A DNA stretch of 64,000 nt from Candidatus Fermentibacteraceae bacterium (GTDB lineage: Bacteria; Fermentibacterota; Fermentibacteria; Fermentibacterales; JCC-6), in NCBI GenBank assembly GCA_041750285.1, contig JBGSZS010000013.1:1-64000 (forward strand), in the 5' to 3' direction. The notes under the pieces are model-generated. The model made no database searches and had not been told where the DNA came from. It worked only from the letters and a program-made list of their open reading frames with translations. This document shows, piece by piece, positions 18,167 through 28,822 of the stretch. A program made the translations under genes and the position numbers. Every line of letters starts with the position of its first letter. Position 1 is the first letter of the stretch.

Positions 18167-19648
18167 TCAGTGCAAAAAATGCCTCACACCGGTGAAAACC
18201 ATCGCGATCCCGTTCAGGTTGCACGCCTCGATCACCTCTTCGTCGCGAATCGAGCCACCGGGTTGGATGATGGCCTTCACCCCGGCCCTTGCAGCTTGTT
18301 CGGGGCCGTCGCGGAAGGGGAAGTAGGCATCGCTGGCCAGGACAGAGCCCGCAAGGTCGTTGCCCTCCCTGAGCGCCCTTCTTATGGCGAGGTCGAGGCT
18401 TTCGACCCGGCTGGGCTGACCTATGCCCACGCCGAGCGTGCCCTTGCTGTCGCCTATCACAATGGCGTTGCTCTTCACTCCCTTGACCACGCGCCAGGCT
18501 ATGTCCATGGCTTCAGTTTCCCGGTCGGTGGGCTTCCTTCCGGTGACCGTGGTCCATGTTCCAACGGATTCGATGGCGCTGTCCTGCTCCTGTATCAGTA
18601 GTCCGCCCCATATGCTTCTGACGGTGGGCAGGGTGTCGCGTGCAGGGGTCAGCTCGATGATCCTCAGGTTCGGACGCTTCATCAGCCTTTTCCTGGCATC
18701 TTCGGCATAGCCGGGGGCGATGATGACCTCGAGGAAAAGCTCTTTCAGCCTTGCGGTGAGTTCTGCGTCGATGATCCTGTTGCACGCCAGTATGCCGCCG
18801 TATGGGCTTTGCCTGTCGGCCCTGAAGGCGTGCTCGAAGGCTTCGGTCGGAGTGCTTCCGACTCCGGCGCCGCATGGGTTCCCATGTTTGAGGAGTACGA
18901 CTGCGGCACGGTTGACGGGAAGATCCGCCACCAGCGCGCATGCCGCTGAAGCGTCGGCGTAGTTGTTGAAACTCATCGCCTTGCCGCCCGGGATCAGGGC
19001 TTCCGCAAAGCCCCTCTTCGGTTCGGTGAAGTGGATCCTGGCCTTCTGGTGGGGGTTCTCGCCGTACCTGAGCACCGGTGTGAAACCTTCCTCGAGTTTC
19101 AATGCGACCTGCATGTCGTAGGCGCTGGTGAGGCTGAAGGTTCTCGCCGCCATTCTTCTTCTGAACCCGGGTGTGTTCCCGCCGTTCTCGAGGGCATCCA
19201 GCACTTCGGGAAAGCTGTCCACTCCCACTGCGCTCACGACGTGGGCCCAGTTCTTCGCCGCCGCTCTGGCCATCGTTGGTCCACCGACGTCCACAAGCTC
19301 TATGGCTTCACGGGAATCCGCGGGGAGATCCAACGCCTTGTGGAACGGGTAGTAATCCACGGCGACAATGTCGAACACAACCCTGCCTTCGCTCATCCTC
19401 TGTTCCCGGTCGGCTCCGTCGGCGAGTATCGCCGCGTGCAGCTCGGGGTGAAGGGTCTTCACCCTTCCACCAAGGAGGGAGACCACACCGGTGATCTTTT
19501 CGGTAGGGACAACGGGTATTCCCTGCTTCTCTATCTCGGCTGCGGTGCCCCCGGAAGCGTACAGGGTGTAGCCCAGTCCGAAAAGCCCCCGGGCGAACGA
19601 CGCAAGGCCGGTTTTGTCGTAAACGCTGATTAGCGCCGCCTTAGCCAT
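18167..19648 (-). CDS. purH: Bifunctional AICAR transformylase/IMP cyclohydrolase
   Basis: [42 protein letters not shown]. Confidence 0.97.
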   Translation of the reverse strand: MAKAALISVYDKTGLASFARGLFGLGYTLYASGGTAAEIEKQGIPVVPTEKITGVVSLLGGRVKTLHPELHAAILADGADREQRMSEGRVVFDIVAVDYYPFHKALDLPADSREAIELVDVGGPTMARAAAKNWAHVVSAVGVDSFPEVLDALENGGNTPGFRRRMAARTFSLTSAYDMQVALKLEEGFTPVLRYGENPHQKARIHFTEPKRGFAEALIPGGKAMSFNNYADASAACALVADLPVNRAAVVLLKHGNPCGAGVGSTPTEAFEHAFRADRQSPYGGILACNRIIDAELTARLKELFLEVIIAPGYAEDARKRLMKRPNLRIIELTPARDTLPTVRSIWGGLLIQEQDSAIESVGTWTTVTGRKPTDRETEAMDIAWRVVKGVKSNAIVIGDSKGTLGVGIGQPSRVESLDLAIRRALREGNDLAGSVLASDAYFPFRDGPEQAARAGVKAIIQPGGSIRDEEVIEACNLNGIAMVFTGVRHFLH

Positions 19649-20393
19649 TGTCTCGGAACCACCTTTCCGCATTGAACGATGGGATGGGGTTGCGCTTGTG
19701 GTGGCTGGCCCCATGGAGCCTGCCGATCCTTTCTGCGGCTTCCTCCGAAACCGTAGAGGGCCCCCCGGTGAAATAGCTCCTTATCTCGCTGTAGCTCACG
19801 CCCATTTCGCCTTCGTCGCTCTGGCCGGGCCACAACCCCGCCGATGGAACCCTTTCTGTGGTCCAGCGGGGAAGCTCCAGCGCCTCCGCGAGCTTGATCA
19901 CCTGATCCTTGAAAAGTCCCAGCAGCGGATGGAAATCGGCCACGCCGTCACCCCATTTGGTCCAGTAACCTGCAAGGTACTCGGAACGGTTGGATGTGCC
20001 GGCCACGAGCCTTCCTCCCGCACGGGCGTAGACTGTGGCCATCCTGAGCCTTGCCTTCAGGTTGCCCATGTTCATCCGGTCTGAGCGGTCCAGTCCGCCG
20101 GCTTTCACCATTTCATCCAGAACTGCATCCAATCGCACGATCCTGCTTTCGATGCCCAGAAGGTCTGCGATCCTTCTCCCGTCCCTCTCGTCGTCAGGGT
20201 GGTTCCCGCAGGGCATCATCATTCCAAGGACGCGGTCACTCCCCAGCGCACCTGCGCACAGGGCTGCGCTGACGCAGCTGTCCAGTCCTCCGCTCAGCCC
20301 GAGCACCACCCCCGTCGCGCCGGCGTTCTCCACCGTCTCCCTGATCCAGGACCGAATCGCTTCCGCGAGCCCGCAATAGGTTCCTTCCTTCAT
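19641..20393 (-). CDS. nadE: NH3-dependent NAD+ synthetase
   Basis: GLSGGLDS, NLKARLRM, GYWTKWGDG, PSAGLW. Confidence 0.95.
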   Translation of the reverse strand: MKEGTYCGLAEAIRSWIRETVENAGATGVVLGLSGGLDSCVSAALCAGALGSDRVLGMMMPCGNHPDDERDGRRIADLLGIESRIVRLDAVLDEMVKAGGLDRSDRMNMGNLKARLRMATVYARAGGRLVAGTSNRSEYLAGYWTKWGDGVADFHPLLGLFKDQVIKLAEALELPRWTTERVPSAGLWPGQSDEGEMGVSYSEIRSYFTGGPSTVSEEAAERIGRLHGASHHKRNPIPSFNAERWFRDNG

Positions 20394-22426
20394 TCACTGC
20401 TCCTGTCCGGCACTGGAGTGAGCGTGAGTTGTCTCTGAAGGGGGTCGGCCTCGATGACCGCCACTGAAAGCAGCATTCCCGGAGCACCCCCTCCGGCGAG
20501 CCTTATCGCAGCCCGGCGAAGGATCGGGGCAGGAATGAACCCCTCGACCGGAACGTCCAGAAGTCTCACGAACACACCGAAATCCTTCACATCACTTACC
20601 ATTCCCCTGAACACGCTCCCGCGTCTTTCCGAGAGGTAAAGAAGCGCCATGAGTTCGACCGAATCCCACTCCGACTGGGCGGCCCGTCTTTCGAGGCCGC
20701 TGCAGACCTCGGCAAGCAGGTTCATGTTCCTGTCACCGTCAGCCATACCCGCCGCTTCGTACTGCGCAAGGGCCTGATGGACCACCAGGTCGGGGTAACG
20801 GCGGATCGGGCTGGTGAAATGCATGTAGCTCTCGAGTGCGAGACCGTAGTGACCAAGGTTTGATGGGCTGTACACCGCCTTTTGAAGGGCCCTCAGCGCG
20901 GCCTGCCTGATGAGGGGCCACTGGGAAAGACCCCTGGCCCTCCTGAGAAAGGCTGCGTACTCGAGGGGGTCGGGAACACCTTTGCTCCCGAGGCTGACCT
21001 CAAAGGTCGATAGTTTTCCCCGAAGTCTGTCCATGGAATCGGGTGTCGGGTCGCCGTGAATCCTGAAAAGCACCGGCAGGTCTAGCCAGAGGCAGTAATC
21101 AGCCACTGCACGGTTCGCCTCGACCATGAAGTTCTCTATCATTCCGTGGGCCATGTCATCCGGGACGGGATCGAAGCCCTCGGGCATGCCGTCGCCGCCG
21201 AAACGTGTCCTGAACTCCACCGAGCCAAGGTCGAGAGCGCCCCTCTCGCCCTTTCGCCGGTCAAGTATGCCGTTGAGCCCAAGAATCACCCTGAAAAGCT
21301 CCTCAAGTTCCGGGTCTCCCTGGTAGTCGCCCTTCATAAGGTCGAGGGCCTGTTCGTAGGTCAGCCTTCTCCGCGACCTGATGATCGTGGGTCTGACCGT
21401 GAAATCCGTTCGTTTCCCGCTTCTGTCGAAGACCATGAAAACGGATCTCGTGAGCCGGTCTTCGTTGGGGCGAAGGCTGCAGGCGCCGTTGGACAGGACT
21501 TCGGGAATCATTGGGATCACACGGTCCGGAAGGTACACGCTGGTGCCGCGCGCACGCGCCTCGGCATCCACCATCGATCCCGGCGGCGCGAAAAAGGCAA
21601 CGTCGGCGATGTGGACTCCCAGGCGGTATCCCCCGTCGGGCAGCTCCTCCACCGAGACGGCGTCGTCGAAATCACGGGCGTCAACCGGGTCGACCGTGAT
21701 CGTGAACAGGTCCCTCACGTCCAGCCTGTCGGCCGTGTTCACAGGTTTGACCGCCGCGTGCTCCGCCTCCTCAAGGACCTCGTCCATGAATGGTCCGGGA
21801 AGGCTCCTGTCGGTGCAGACCGAATCGATGAGTGCGCCCGGTGAGGAGGGGCTTCCCAGCGTTGTCCCCAGAACGGCCTTGGGGCGCGATGACCTGAAGT
21901 CGAGTTCGCCGGTCACAATCTTGCCCGCCTCCAGTGTCCCGTCACCGGTTTCAAGGGGGATGCCCCTGGGCAGTCTGGGATCAACAGGGTCGAGGACCCA
22001 TCCCTCGCCGGCCCTTCTGGAAACACCGGCAATCCTCGTCTGGGTTCTTTCCAGTATCTCGATGACCCTGCCTTTGTAGCTCTTCAGGTCGGGCATGGGC
22101 TCAAGCACCCTGAGCATCACCCGGTCGCCGTGCCAGGCGCCCCTTGTGTCCCTTGGCTCTATGTTCACCTGTTCACCGTTCGGAAGCCTCACGCGGGCTG
22201 AGCCGTCGGTTCTTGAGATGAGTTCCCCGGTGGTCATTCCAAGAGTTTCTATGAGAGCGTACGCACCCTTGCCGGTCCGGGCTATCCTGCCCTCCATGAG
22301 AAGCTTTTCGAGGGCACCGTCCACATCCCTCAGCTCCTGCGGCAACCTCTTCCTCAAAGCCTTCAAGTCCAGTCTGCCCGCTTTTTCAAGAAGCTCGAGT
22401 ATGGCTGCTGCAGTATCACCCTGCAT
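20390..22426 (-). CDS. rnr: Ribonuclease R
   Basis: TVDPVDARDFDDA, HIADV, HFTSPIRRYPD, C-terminal S1 domain. Confidence 0.93.
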   Translation of the reverse strand: MQGDTAAAILELLEKAGRLDLKALRKRLPQELRDVDGALEKLLMEGRIARTGKGAYALIETLGMTTGELISRTDGSARVRLPNGEQVNIEPRDTRGAWHGDRVMLRVLEPMPDLKSYKGRVIEILERTQTRIAGVSRRAGEGWVLDPVDPRLPRGIPLETGDGTLEAGKIVTGELDFRSSRPKAVLGTTLGSPSSPGALIDSVCTDRSLPGPFMDEVLEEAEHAAVKPVNTADRLDVRDLFTITVDPVDARDFDDAVSVEELPDGGYRLGVHIADVAFFAPPGSMVDAEARARGTSVYLPDRVIPMIPEVLSNGACSLRPNEDRLTRSVFMVFDRSGKRTDFTVRPTIIRSRRRLTYEQALDLMKGDYQGDPELEELFRVILGLNGILDRRKGERGALDLGSVEFRTRFGGDGMPEGFDPVPDDMAHGMIENFMVEANRAVADYCLWLDLPVLFRIHGDPTPDSMDRLRGKLSTFEVSLGSKGVPDPLEYAAFLRRARGLSQWPLIRQAALRALQKAVYSPSNLGHYGLALESYMHFTSPIRRYPDLVVHQALAQYEAAGMADGDRNMNLLAEVCSGLERRAAQSEWDSVELMALLYLSERRGSVFRGMVSDVKDFGVFVRLLDVPVEGFIPAPILRRAAIRLAGGGAPGMLLSVAVIEADPLQRQLTLTPVPDRSSE

Positions 22427-23180
22427 TTGTCACACTCCTGAGAGTTGCCGAGCCTTCGGCGTTTTCCGTTCGCCGCACCAGCAGTAGACAGCCTGCACGG
22501 CCTGCAAGGCCGCCTGCAGCGCAGATGACCGTACCGGCCATCTCGCATCCGGGGAGCATGGGCTCGCCAGCCCCCTTCGGACGTTGCCAGACAAGTGTCA
22601 ATGAGTTTTCCGTGCTTTCCGCCGTGAGTGAACCGGTACCTCCGAGGCACAGGACCGACCATGTAGCCATGCCCAGAAGAGCTCCGTAAGCCGCCGCGGG
22701 ATCACGGCTGTCAGGAACGGACATGCGGTCCAGCGAGGAGAGCCCTGTGGCGTCTATGCTTCTTCCACATGCAAGGGTGATGAACCTGGTCAGCCTTGCC
22801 AGTGGTGAGACCGAAGCGGCAGCCCTTTCGAGACTGGGATGCGTGGCTTCGGCAAGATCCCTGAGGAACCTTGTCACCCCTCCGGCGGATTCCGCCGCGT
22901 CCCTCACCTTCGGGATGGCGCGGTTCACGTTGTCGGGCAGGAACAATGATGCCAGTTCGGCGTTCCCGAGGACTCCCACGAGCATGTTGTTGATGTTGTG
23001 GATGTGGTACGGCAGAAGAAGGCCCACGAATGCATTCGCCGTCATCCTCTGGTTGCCCTGCTCAGAAGCGGCTCTCATGACCGGCAGAAGCCCGGGGGTG
23101 AGGTTTTCCATATCCAGTCCCGGCAGATCATCGCGGCCGAAACCGATCCTGAAACCGTCCGAGGTTTCGATAACGCTCAT
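22416..23180 (-). CDS. HisKA-like protein (degenerate sensorless histidine kinase)
   Basis: HNINNMLVGVLGNAELA H-box; no clear N/G boxes; ATGA overlap with rarA. Confidence 0.55.
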   Translation of the reverse strand: MSVIETSDGFRIGFGRDDLPGLDMENLTPGLLPVMRAASEQGNQRMTANAFVGLLLPYHIHNINNMLVGVLGNAELASLFLPDNVNRAIPKVRDAAESAGGVTRFLRDLAEATHPSLERAAASVSPLARLTRFITLACGRSIDATGLSSLDRMSVPDSRDPAAAYGALLGMATWSVLCLGGTGSLTAESTENSLTLVWQRPKGAGEPMLPGCEMAGTVICAAGGLAGRAGCLLLVRRTENAEGSATLRSVTNAG

Positions 23181-24502
23181 TCCCTCCCCTTTCGCCTTGC
23201 GGCGTCTCTTCTTTCTCTCCATTCCGCAAGGATTTGCGATATGCGTTCCTCCCGGCCCCTTCCTCCGGGGATGTATATCTCCCGTTCCGAAAGAGCGTCC
23301 GGAAAGTTGGAGTGAGTCACCAGCCCCTCCTCCGAATCGTGGGCGTACTGATAACCCTTCCCGTAGTCAAGCGTCTTCATCAGTGCCGTGGGAGCATTCC
23401 GGAGATGAAGGGGTACCGGAAGGCTGCCTTCCTCTTCAGCGAGCTTCGCCGCCCTTCCCCAAGCCGTGTAGATCGAATTGGACTTCGGGGCCAGGGCAAG
23501 GTAAACAACAGCCTCTGCCAGAGCAAGATCGCCCTCGGGAGAACCCAGGAAACGGTAACAGTCAACAGCCCTCATTGCCACTGTGAGAGCGGATGGATCG
23601 GCGATACCGATGTCTTCGGTTGCGAATCTCACTATCCTTCGGCCAATGTAGAGAGGGTCATCCCCGGACAGGATCATCCGGGCAAGCCAGTAGAGTGATG
23701 CATCCACGTCGCTGGAGCGCATGGACTTGTGCAGCGCACTGATGTGGTTGAAGTGTTCTTCCCCGCTTCTGTCGTAGAGGAGTGGGGCTGACCTGAGCAC
23801 CTTCCTTGCCGCTTCGACGGTCACCGCTTCATCACCGGCGCTTCCCGCAACCGTTTCGAGAAGGTTCAGAGCCCTCCTGGCATCGCCGTCGGCGGCCAGT
23901 GCAAGAATGCGCACCACATCCGCCGGGATCCGTGCCCTGTACCGCTGGGCGAAGACTGGATGATCCAGTGCACGCTGCATGAGAGCGCACAGGTTATCAA
24001 CCGGTATCGTCCTGAGAACATAGACCGCGCATCTGCTCAATAGAGGCGCGTTCACGTGAAATGACGGGTTCTCGGTGGTTGCTCCGCACAGCCTTATGGT
24101 CCCGTTTTCGACATGAGGAAGAAATGCGTCCTGCTGAGCGCGGTTGAACCTGTGGATCTCATCCACGAAAAGCATCGTTGCACCGCCGGTCTGCCTGAGC
24201 TCGGCAGCTCTGGCTACGATCTTCCTGACGTCGGCCACGCCGCCGGTTACCGCGCTGAACCTTACAAAGGTTTCCCCTCCCCTTGCGGCCACGGCCAGCG
24301 CAAGGGTGGTCTTGCCCGTGCCGGGCGGACCCCAGAGTATGAAGGAACCCAGCGATCCGGTTTCGAGTGCTCTTCTAAAGGGGGCACCCTGCGCCAGAAG
24401 ATGCTCCTGACCGACGATATCATCCAGAGCGTCAGGCCTCAGCGCTTCCGCGAGCGGCGTGTCGGAGGGATTCCGAAAGAGGTTTTCATTCATGGGAAGC
24501 AT
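23177..24502 (-). CDS. rarA: Replication-associated recombination protein A
   Basis: PLAEALRP, GPPGTGKTT, DEIHRFN, ISALHKSMR, YQYAHD. Confidence 0.95.
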   Translation of the reverse strand: MLPMNENLFRNPSDTPLAEALRPDALDDIVGQEHLLAQGAPFRRALETGSLGSFILWGPPGTGKTTLALAVAARGGETFVRFSAVTGGVADVRKIVARAAELRQTGGATMLFVDEIHRFNRAQQDAFLPHVENGTIRLCGATTENPSFHVNAPLLSRCAVYVLRTIPVDNLCALMQRALDHPVFAQRYRARIPADVVRILALAADGDARRALNLLETVAGSAGDEAVTVEAARKVLRSAPLLYDRSGEEHFNHISALHKSMRSSDVDASLYWLARMILSGDDPLYIGRRIVRFATEDIGIADPSALTVAMRAVDCYRFLGSPEGDLALAEAVVYLALAPKSNSIYTAWGRAAKLAEEEGSLPVPLHLRNAPTALMKTLDYGKGYQYAHDSEEGLVTHSNFPDALSEREIYIPGGRGREERISQILAEWRERRDAARRKGRE

Positions 24503-24565
24503 TATAGAAAGCCGCGGGAAAATCCGCTACAACATGAGACACACGGGTCTTGCAGAACTGCAATG

Positions 24566-24600
24566 AAAGGAGGGGCAATCACTAGTGACTGCCCCCCTTT
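24566..24600 (-). terminator. Intrinsic terminator
   Basis: Long imperfect palindrome centred on ACTAGT, with G-U pairs on the minus strand, downstream of the lipoprotein gene. Confidence 0.65.
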
Positions 24601-24643
24601 TCTTTACCTCAGTAAACTAATTTATCTAAGTCCGTCCCCAAGG

Positions 24644-25636
24644 CTACTGCTGCTGCTGCATGAGGCCCTGGAGCATCATGGCGGCGGGGATGGTCTGGGT
24701 GGCGGGGCCGGGAATGAGGTCCTCGGCTCCGTCGAAACCGAAGCCGCTGACGTAGATCCGTCCGCCTTCGTTCTCCGGGTCGATAGGGTCTGCCGAAGCT
24801 TCCGCGAGGGGGAAGATGGGAAGCTCATTGCTGAAAGCGAGGTTGATCGTGCCCTCGTCGGGGTGGGTGATGGCAAGGGTGAGGCAGCCGATGGTCTCGT
24901 TGGCAACGGTCACGTCCTCGTAGTCGAGCACGAATTCGGCCTCCTGCACCTTGGTGAAGAATTCCTGGAAGCTCGAGTCGGATTCAGCGCTGATCTGGGC
25001 GCCGGCCTGGTCGAACATATCGGGGTTCTGGGCGATCATGGACTCGACCATTTCGGGAACACCGGTCATGTCGATGGCGATGATCTCATCCTCGGACTTG
25101 ATCTTGATCATCTTGATGGAACGGACGAAGGTCAGCATGCGGGCGGGGTCGTCCTCGGGCATGAACAGCTGCGAGGCGTTGCCTTCGGCGAAATTGGCCT
25201 GAAGCCATGCCGTGGGGTCGTCGCCCATCTCGGAAACGAAGACCTGCATCTCATCCTTGAGGGTGTCGAACATGGCCTGATCGAGCAGTATCTGGAAAAC
25301 TGCATCTTCCACGGCTATCTGGTACCAGAGGCAGGTGACTCCCGCCACGTCCTCGCTTCTGAGGATGGCGATGGAGAATTCGCCTTCCGCCTGGTCGCTG
25401 CTGAAGGAGATCCACTGGCCCGGTGCGGCCTCGGGCATCCCGTCCATCACGGCGATGAAGTCTTCGGAGGCTTCCCCGAGCACTGCGTCCGCGTCGCCGG
25501 TTACAGGTTCTTCCGGTGTTGCGGTCTCCCCATTGCCCTCATCGGTTGCAACGGGGGCGGGGTCCTCGCCGCAGCCTGAGAAAAGAAGTGTCACCCCGAG
25601 AAGAAGGGCGAAGATCATCGTGCGTCTGAAAAGCAT
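24644..25636 (-). CDS. Acidic lipoprotein, hypothetical
   Basis: Lipobox FSGC; 330-aa ORF with strong GC3 bias. Confidence 0.8.
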   Translation of the reverse strand: MLFRRTMIFALLLGVTLLFSGCGEDPAPVATDEGNGETATPEEPVTGDADAVLGEASEDFIAVMDGMPEAAPGQWISFSSDQAEGEFSIAILRSEDVAGVTCLWYQIAVEDAVFQILLDQAMFDTLKDEMQVFVSEMGDDPTAWLQANFAEGNASQLFMPEDDPARMLTFVRSIKMIKIKSEDEIIAIDMTGVPEMVESMIAQNPDMFDQAGAQISAESDSSFQEFFTKVQEAEFVLDYEDVTVANETIGCLTLAITHPDEGTINLAFSNELPIFPLAEASADPIDPENEGGRIYVSGFGFDGAEDLIPGPATQTIPAAMMLQGLMQQQQ

Positions 25637-26025
25637 CAGTTACTCCTTTCGACATTGGTGGGTACGGCAGGCTGTTTCCCGCTGCAGACGCAGCGGCAGA
25701 AGCCATGGTAGATAGCGCATATGCCTCCGAAAATCGAGAAAAGCCCCCAGAACAGGGGAAAACCGAAGATGTGTGCAAGGTCGGGTTTCGCGTGGGGGAG
25801 AAGGTAGATGCCCAGGGTCGTAAGAAAGCATCCGCAGACAACTATCACATGCCCGAGGAGGACCGTAAGCCTGCGTCCGCCCCTCCAGCCGAGAACCAGA
25901 AGGCACAGACCTATAACAACGGGGACGAAAACCGACGGGTTGCCGCTGGCAAAGACGCCCCACGACCCGATACCGGTGAGGGCGGCTCCAATCCAGAAGG
26001 GAACAGGCGACTTCATCCTACTCAT
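25636..26025 (-). CDS. Small 4-TM membrane protein, hypothetical
   Basis: Four hydrophobic segments; C-terminal HGFCRCVC. Confidence 0.7.
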   Translation of the reverse strand: MSRMKSPVPFWIGAALTGIGSWGVFASGNPSVFVPVVIGLCLLVLGWRGGRRLTVLLGHVIVVCGCFLTTLGIYLLPHAKPDLAHIFGFPLFWGLFSIFGGICAIYHGFCRCVCSGKQPAVPTNVERSN

Positions 26026-26560
26026 CGACTTCGATCTCCATGAGCGAGTAAACGGGAAGCCCCGTTTCCCTCAGATGCCGGGCGCCTCCCAGGGTAGTCA
26101 GGTCGATCATGAACGCAGCCGCAACGGGGATCGAGCCGTCCTTCCTGATCAGTGACGCGGCAGCCGCTGCGCTCCCGCCCGTTGCAACAAGGTCATCCAC
26201 TATCAGAACCCGGCTTCCCCGGGGTACCGAGTCCCGGTGCATCTCGACCGTGTTCGTGCCGTACTCCAGCGAATACTCCTGCGAGAGTGTGTCGGCCGGA
26301 AGCTTTCCGGGCTTCCTTATGAGAACGAGCGGGATGCTCCGGCGGGCTGCGAGTACCGCCCCGAATACGAACCCCCTGGACTCGATGGAGGCAACGGCGT
26401 TGAATTCCACACCGGCAAGAAGATCCTCGAGGTGGGTGACAGCGTCTCCGAGAGCCCCCGGGTGGGCGAGCACGGTCGTGATGTCCTTGAATTGAATGCC
26501 CGGTATGGGAAAGTCCGGAACGTTCCTGATGAGGCCTTCTATCTGTTCAACGCTGAGCAT
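26018..26560 (-). CDS. apt: Adenine phosphoribosyltransferase
   Basis: PDFPIPGIQFKDIT, ESRGF, LIVDDLVATGG. Confidence 0.96.
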   Translation of the reverse strand: MLSVEQIEGLIRNVPDFPIPGIQFKDITTVLAHPGALGDAVTHLEDLLAGVEFNAVASIESRGFVFGAVLAARRSIPLVLIRKPGKLPADTLSQEYSLEYGTNTVEMHRDSVPRGSRVLIVDDLVATGGSAAAAASLIRKDGSIPVAAAFMIDLTTLGGARHLRETGLPVYSLMEIEVDE

Positions 26561-27020
26561 CCCGTTTCCCTTCCGCTTGTCTTACGAACGCGATCATTTC
26601 GTCAACGGTATTCACCGGCGTCACGCCGGGGATCGAAGACCACTCCCCCATGGCGCATACCGGCTTTCCTGCCTGCAGGGCAAAGGCTATCTCGGAGAGC
26701 GTTCCGTAGCCGCCGTCGATGGCGCACACCACAAAGCCGGAGAGAACCACGGCCCTGTTTCGTGCCGACCCGATACCTGTGGGAATGGGAATGCCCACGA
26801 AGGGGTTGGCATCCTGTGGCCTGTCACCCTGAAGTATTCCCACGGTGACGCCACCCCGGGATGCGGCGCCCTCACAGACTGCCGCCATCACACCCCCCAT
26901 GCCGCCACAGACCACGGCGTACCCGCCTGCAGCGAGTTCCACACCGAGAAGCCGGGCGGCATCCAGGAAGGAGGATTGCGCGGATGCCCCCCCAATGACA
27001 CTGACAAACTTCATCCGCAC
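26547..27020 (-). CDS. LOG-like TIGR00725-family protein
   Basis: VCGGMGGVM, ARNRAVV, GGYGTLSEIA. Confidence 0.88.
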   Translation of the reverse strand: MRMKFVSVIGGASAQSSFLDAARLLGVELAAGGYAVVCGGMGGVMAAVCEGAASRGGVTVGILQGDRPQDANPFVGIPIPTGIGSARNRAVVLSGFVVCAIDGGYGTLSEIAFALQAGKPVCAMGEWSSIPGVTPVNTVDEMIAFVRQAEGKRDAQR

Positions 27021-27032
27021 TCCAGGGATGGA

Positions 27033-27110
27033 TGGTCGGGGCGAGAGGATTCGAACCTCCGGCCTCCTAGTCCCGAACCAGGCGCGCTAACCGGACTGCG
27101 CTACGCCCCG
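27033..27110 (-). tRNA. tRNA-Pro(CGG)
   Basis: Full cloverleaf CGGGGCGTAGCGCAG..CCTGG-TTCGGGA-CTAGG..GGTTCGAATCC..CCCCGACCA. Confidence 0.95.
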
Positions 27111-27130
27111 ACGATCGACAGGGGTCAAAT

Positions 27131-27655
27131 CTAAAGAAGAAAGCCCAAAGCCGCAAACACACCCGTCACGATGAGCATGACCACCGCCCCGGCCACACAG
27201 ACACCCAGGGCAATCGACGGAAGGGCGAGCCTGCGCGGAATCCCGAAAAGAAACGCGGCCATGGCTCCCGTCCAGGCGCCGGTCACCGGAAGGGGAATCG
27301 CCACGAAAACCGCCAGCCCCAAAGCCCTGTACTTCTCGACATTGGCGCCGGCCTTCCTTCTGGTCCTCTCGAAGAGCCATTTGAAGAACCTGTCGAAGAG
27401 GCTCCAGCGGGAGAGCCATCCACTGACAGGCCCGAGGAACCACAGGATGAATGGTACCGGGAGCATGTTCCCGGCCACGGCCAGCAGATACACCTTCCAC
27501 CAGGGCCAATGCCACGAGTCGGCCATGAGCGTCATGGCGACCGGAATGCTTGCCCTGAGCTCGGTGAGTGGAAGGGCCGAGATGAGAAGCATTGTCAGTT
27601 CCCCCGGCAAGCCAGACATCCACCTCAGGATTGCCAGGGCGACGCTTTCACCCAT
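27131..27655 (-). CDS. Small multidrug export family (COG2426) protein
   Basis: LPLTELRASIP, FVAIPLPVTGAWTG; ATG start at 27655. Confidence 0.88.
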   Translation of the reverse strand: MGESVALAILRWMSGLPGELTMLLISALPLTELRASIPVAMTLMADSWHWPWWKVYLLAVAGNMLPVPFILWFLGPVSGWLSRWSLFDRFFKWLFERTRRKAGANVEKYRALGLAVFVAIPLPVTGAWTGAMAAFLFGIPRRLALPSIALGVCVAGAVVMLIVTGVFAALGFLL

Positions 27656-28292
27656 TCCACCCCCCCTTCCCCACCAGGGGCACGAATGAGCACTGGAATG
27701 CTTCCTTTTCCTCCATACCCGACTCCCCCTTCCTGAGAACGGTGAAGGTCTGGGTGTTGCGGTCGCCCACCGGTATGCCGGCGAGTCCCCCGGTTTTGAG
27801 CTGGTCGGCCACATCCCGTGGAAGCGAAGGGGCGCCGGCACTGTAAAGGACCGCGTCGTAGGGCGCAAGGGAGGGCCAGCCCAAAGACCCGTCACCGAAA
27901 TGCACTACGACGTTCCTGACGCCGACCCGGTCGAGGATCGCCCTGGAGGAATTGACGAGCCCCAGAACGGCTTCCACGCAGACGACCCTGTCGAACAGCC
28001 GGGACGCCACCGCTGCAAGGTAGCCGCTTCCGCTTCCGACCTCGAGCATCAGCCCCCCGAAGGACTCCGAGACAGCGGACAGCATCCGTAGCACAGTGGC
28101 GGGTTTGCTGATGGTCTGACCAAAACCTATTGGCAGCGCTGCATCGGTGCAGGCGAGGTGCGCGAACGCAGGGCTCACGAAGAGTTCCCTGGGGGTCTGC
28201 GCCATCGCTTCCGTCACCCTTGGATCCGCCTCGGGGTACAGCCGTTCAAGGCGGCGTGCAAGCTCGTGGGAGGCGGAGAGGTGATTCTGCAT
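27648..28292 (-). CDS. pcm: Protein-L-isoaspartate O-methyltransferase
   Basis: LPIGFGQTISKP, LEVGSGSGY, GDGSLGWP..APYD, FVPLVG. Confidence 0.93.
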   Translation of the reverse strand: MQNHLSASHELARRLERLYPEADPRVTEAMAQTPRELFVSPAFAHLACTDAALPIGFGQTISKPATVLRMLSAVSESFGGLMLEVGSGSGYLAAVASRLFDRVVCVEAVLGLVNSSRAILDRVGVRNVVVHFGDGSLGWPSLAPYDAVLYSAGAPSLPRDVADQLKTGGLAGIPVGDRNTQTFTVLRKGESGMEEKEAFQCSFVPLVGKGGWNG

Positions 28293-28308
28293 AGGGTCTC
28301 CCTGTTGA

Positions 28309-28332
28309 AAAAGAGGCCCGGAGGCCTCTTTT
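28309..28332 (-). terminator. Intrinsic terminator after tRNA-Pro
   Basis: AAAAGAGGCC-CGGA-GGCCTCTTTT. Confidence 0.8.
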
Positions 28333-28335
28333 ACC

Positions 28336-28412
28336 TGGTCGGGGCGACTGGATTCGAACCAGCGACCACTTGAACCCCATTCAAGTGCGCTACCGGACTG
28401 CGCTACGCCCCG
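28336..28412 (-). tRNA. tRNA-Pro(GGG)
   Basis: Full cloverleaf, anticodon arm CTTGA-ATGGGGT-TCAAG, 3' CCA. Confidence 0.95.
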
Positions 28413-28426
28413 GCGGAGCCGTAATC

Positions 28427-28822
28427 CTAATCCTGCCCACCTTCGGCGTCAACCTTCATCGGGTCGCTCGAGAGCACCCTGATGATGTCACGGATCTCGC
28501 TTCGGACGGAGTCCAGATAACCGTCCTGCTCATCGCTTTCTGATGGCTGTTCGGGTTCGAGTTCCAGCGCCATCTGGCCCTGGGCCTTCTTCATCTCCTC
28601 GAGCTTCTTCCTGGCTCCCTCGATCGTGTAACCCTCATCGTAGAGCAGCCTTTTTATGTACTGCAGGGTCCGGACATCGCCGGGTCTGTACACCCTGTTG
28701 CCCGCCTTGTTCTTGTGGGGGTTGAGCATGGGAAAGGCCGTCTCCCAGTACCGAAGGACATGGGGTTTGAGGTCGAGGATCCTGCAGACCTCGCTGATGG
28801 GGTAATAAAGCTTTTCATTCAT
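28427..28822 (-). CDS. MerR-family regulator
   Basis: [31 protein letters not shown]; the widespread merR-tRNA-Pro(GGG)-pcm order. Confidence 0.92.
   Translation of the reverse strand: MNEKLYYPISEVCRILDLKPHVLRYWETAFPMLNPHKNKAGNRVYRPGDVRTLQYIKRLLYDEGYTIEGARKKLEEMKKAQGQMALELEPEQPSESDEQDGYLDSVRSEIRDIIRVLSSDPMKVDAEGGQD

Noticed and set aside
24113..25579. 488-aa plus-strand ORF
   Set aside because: Antisense shadow of rarA and the lipoprotein gene, expected from high GC3; no motifs.
27033..28412. Direct repeats between the two tRNA-Pro genes as attL/attR of an island
   Set aside because: Both are complete tRNAs with different anticodons (CGG, GGG), and the genes between them are ordinary.
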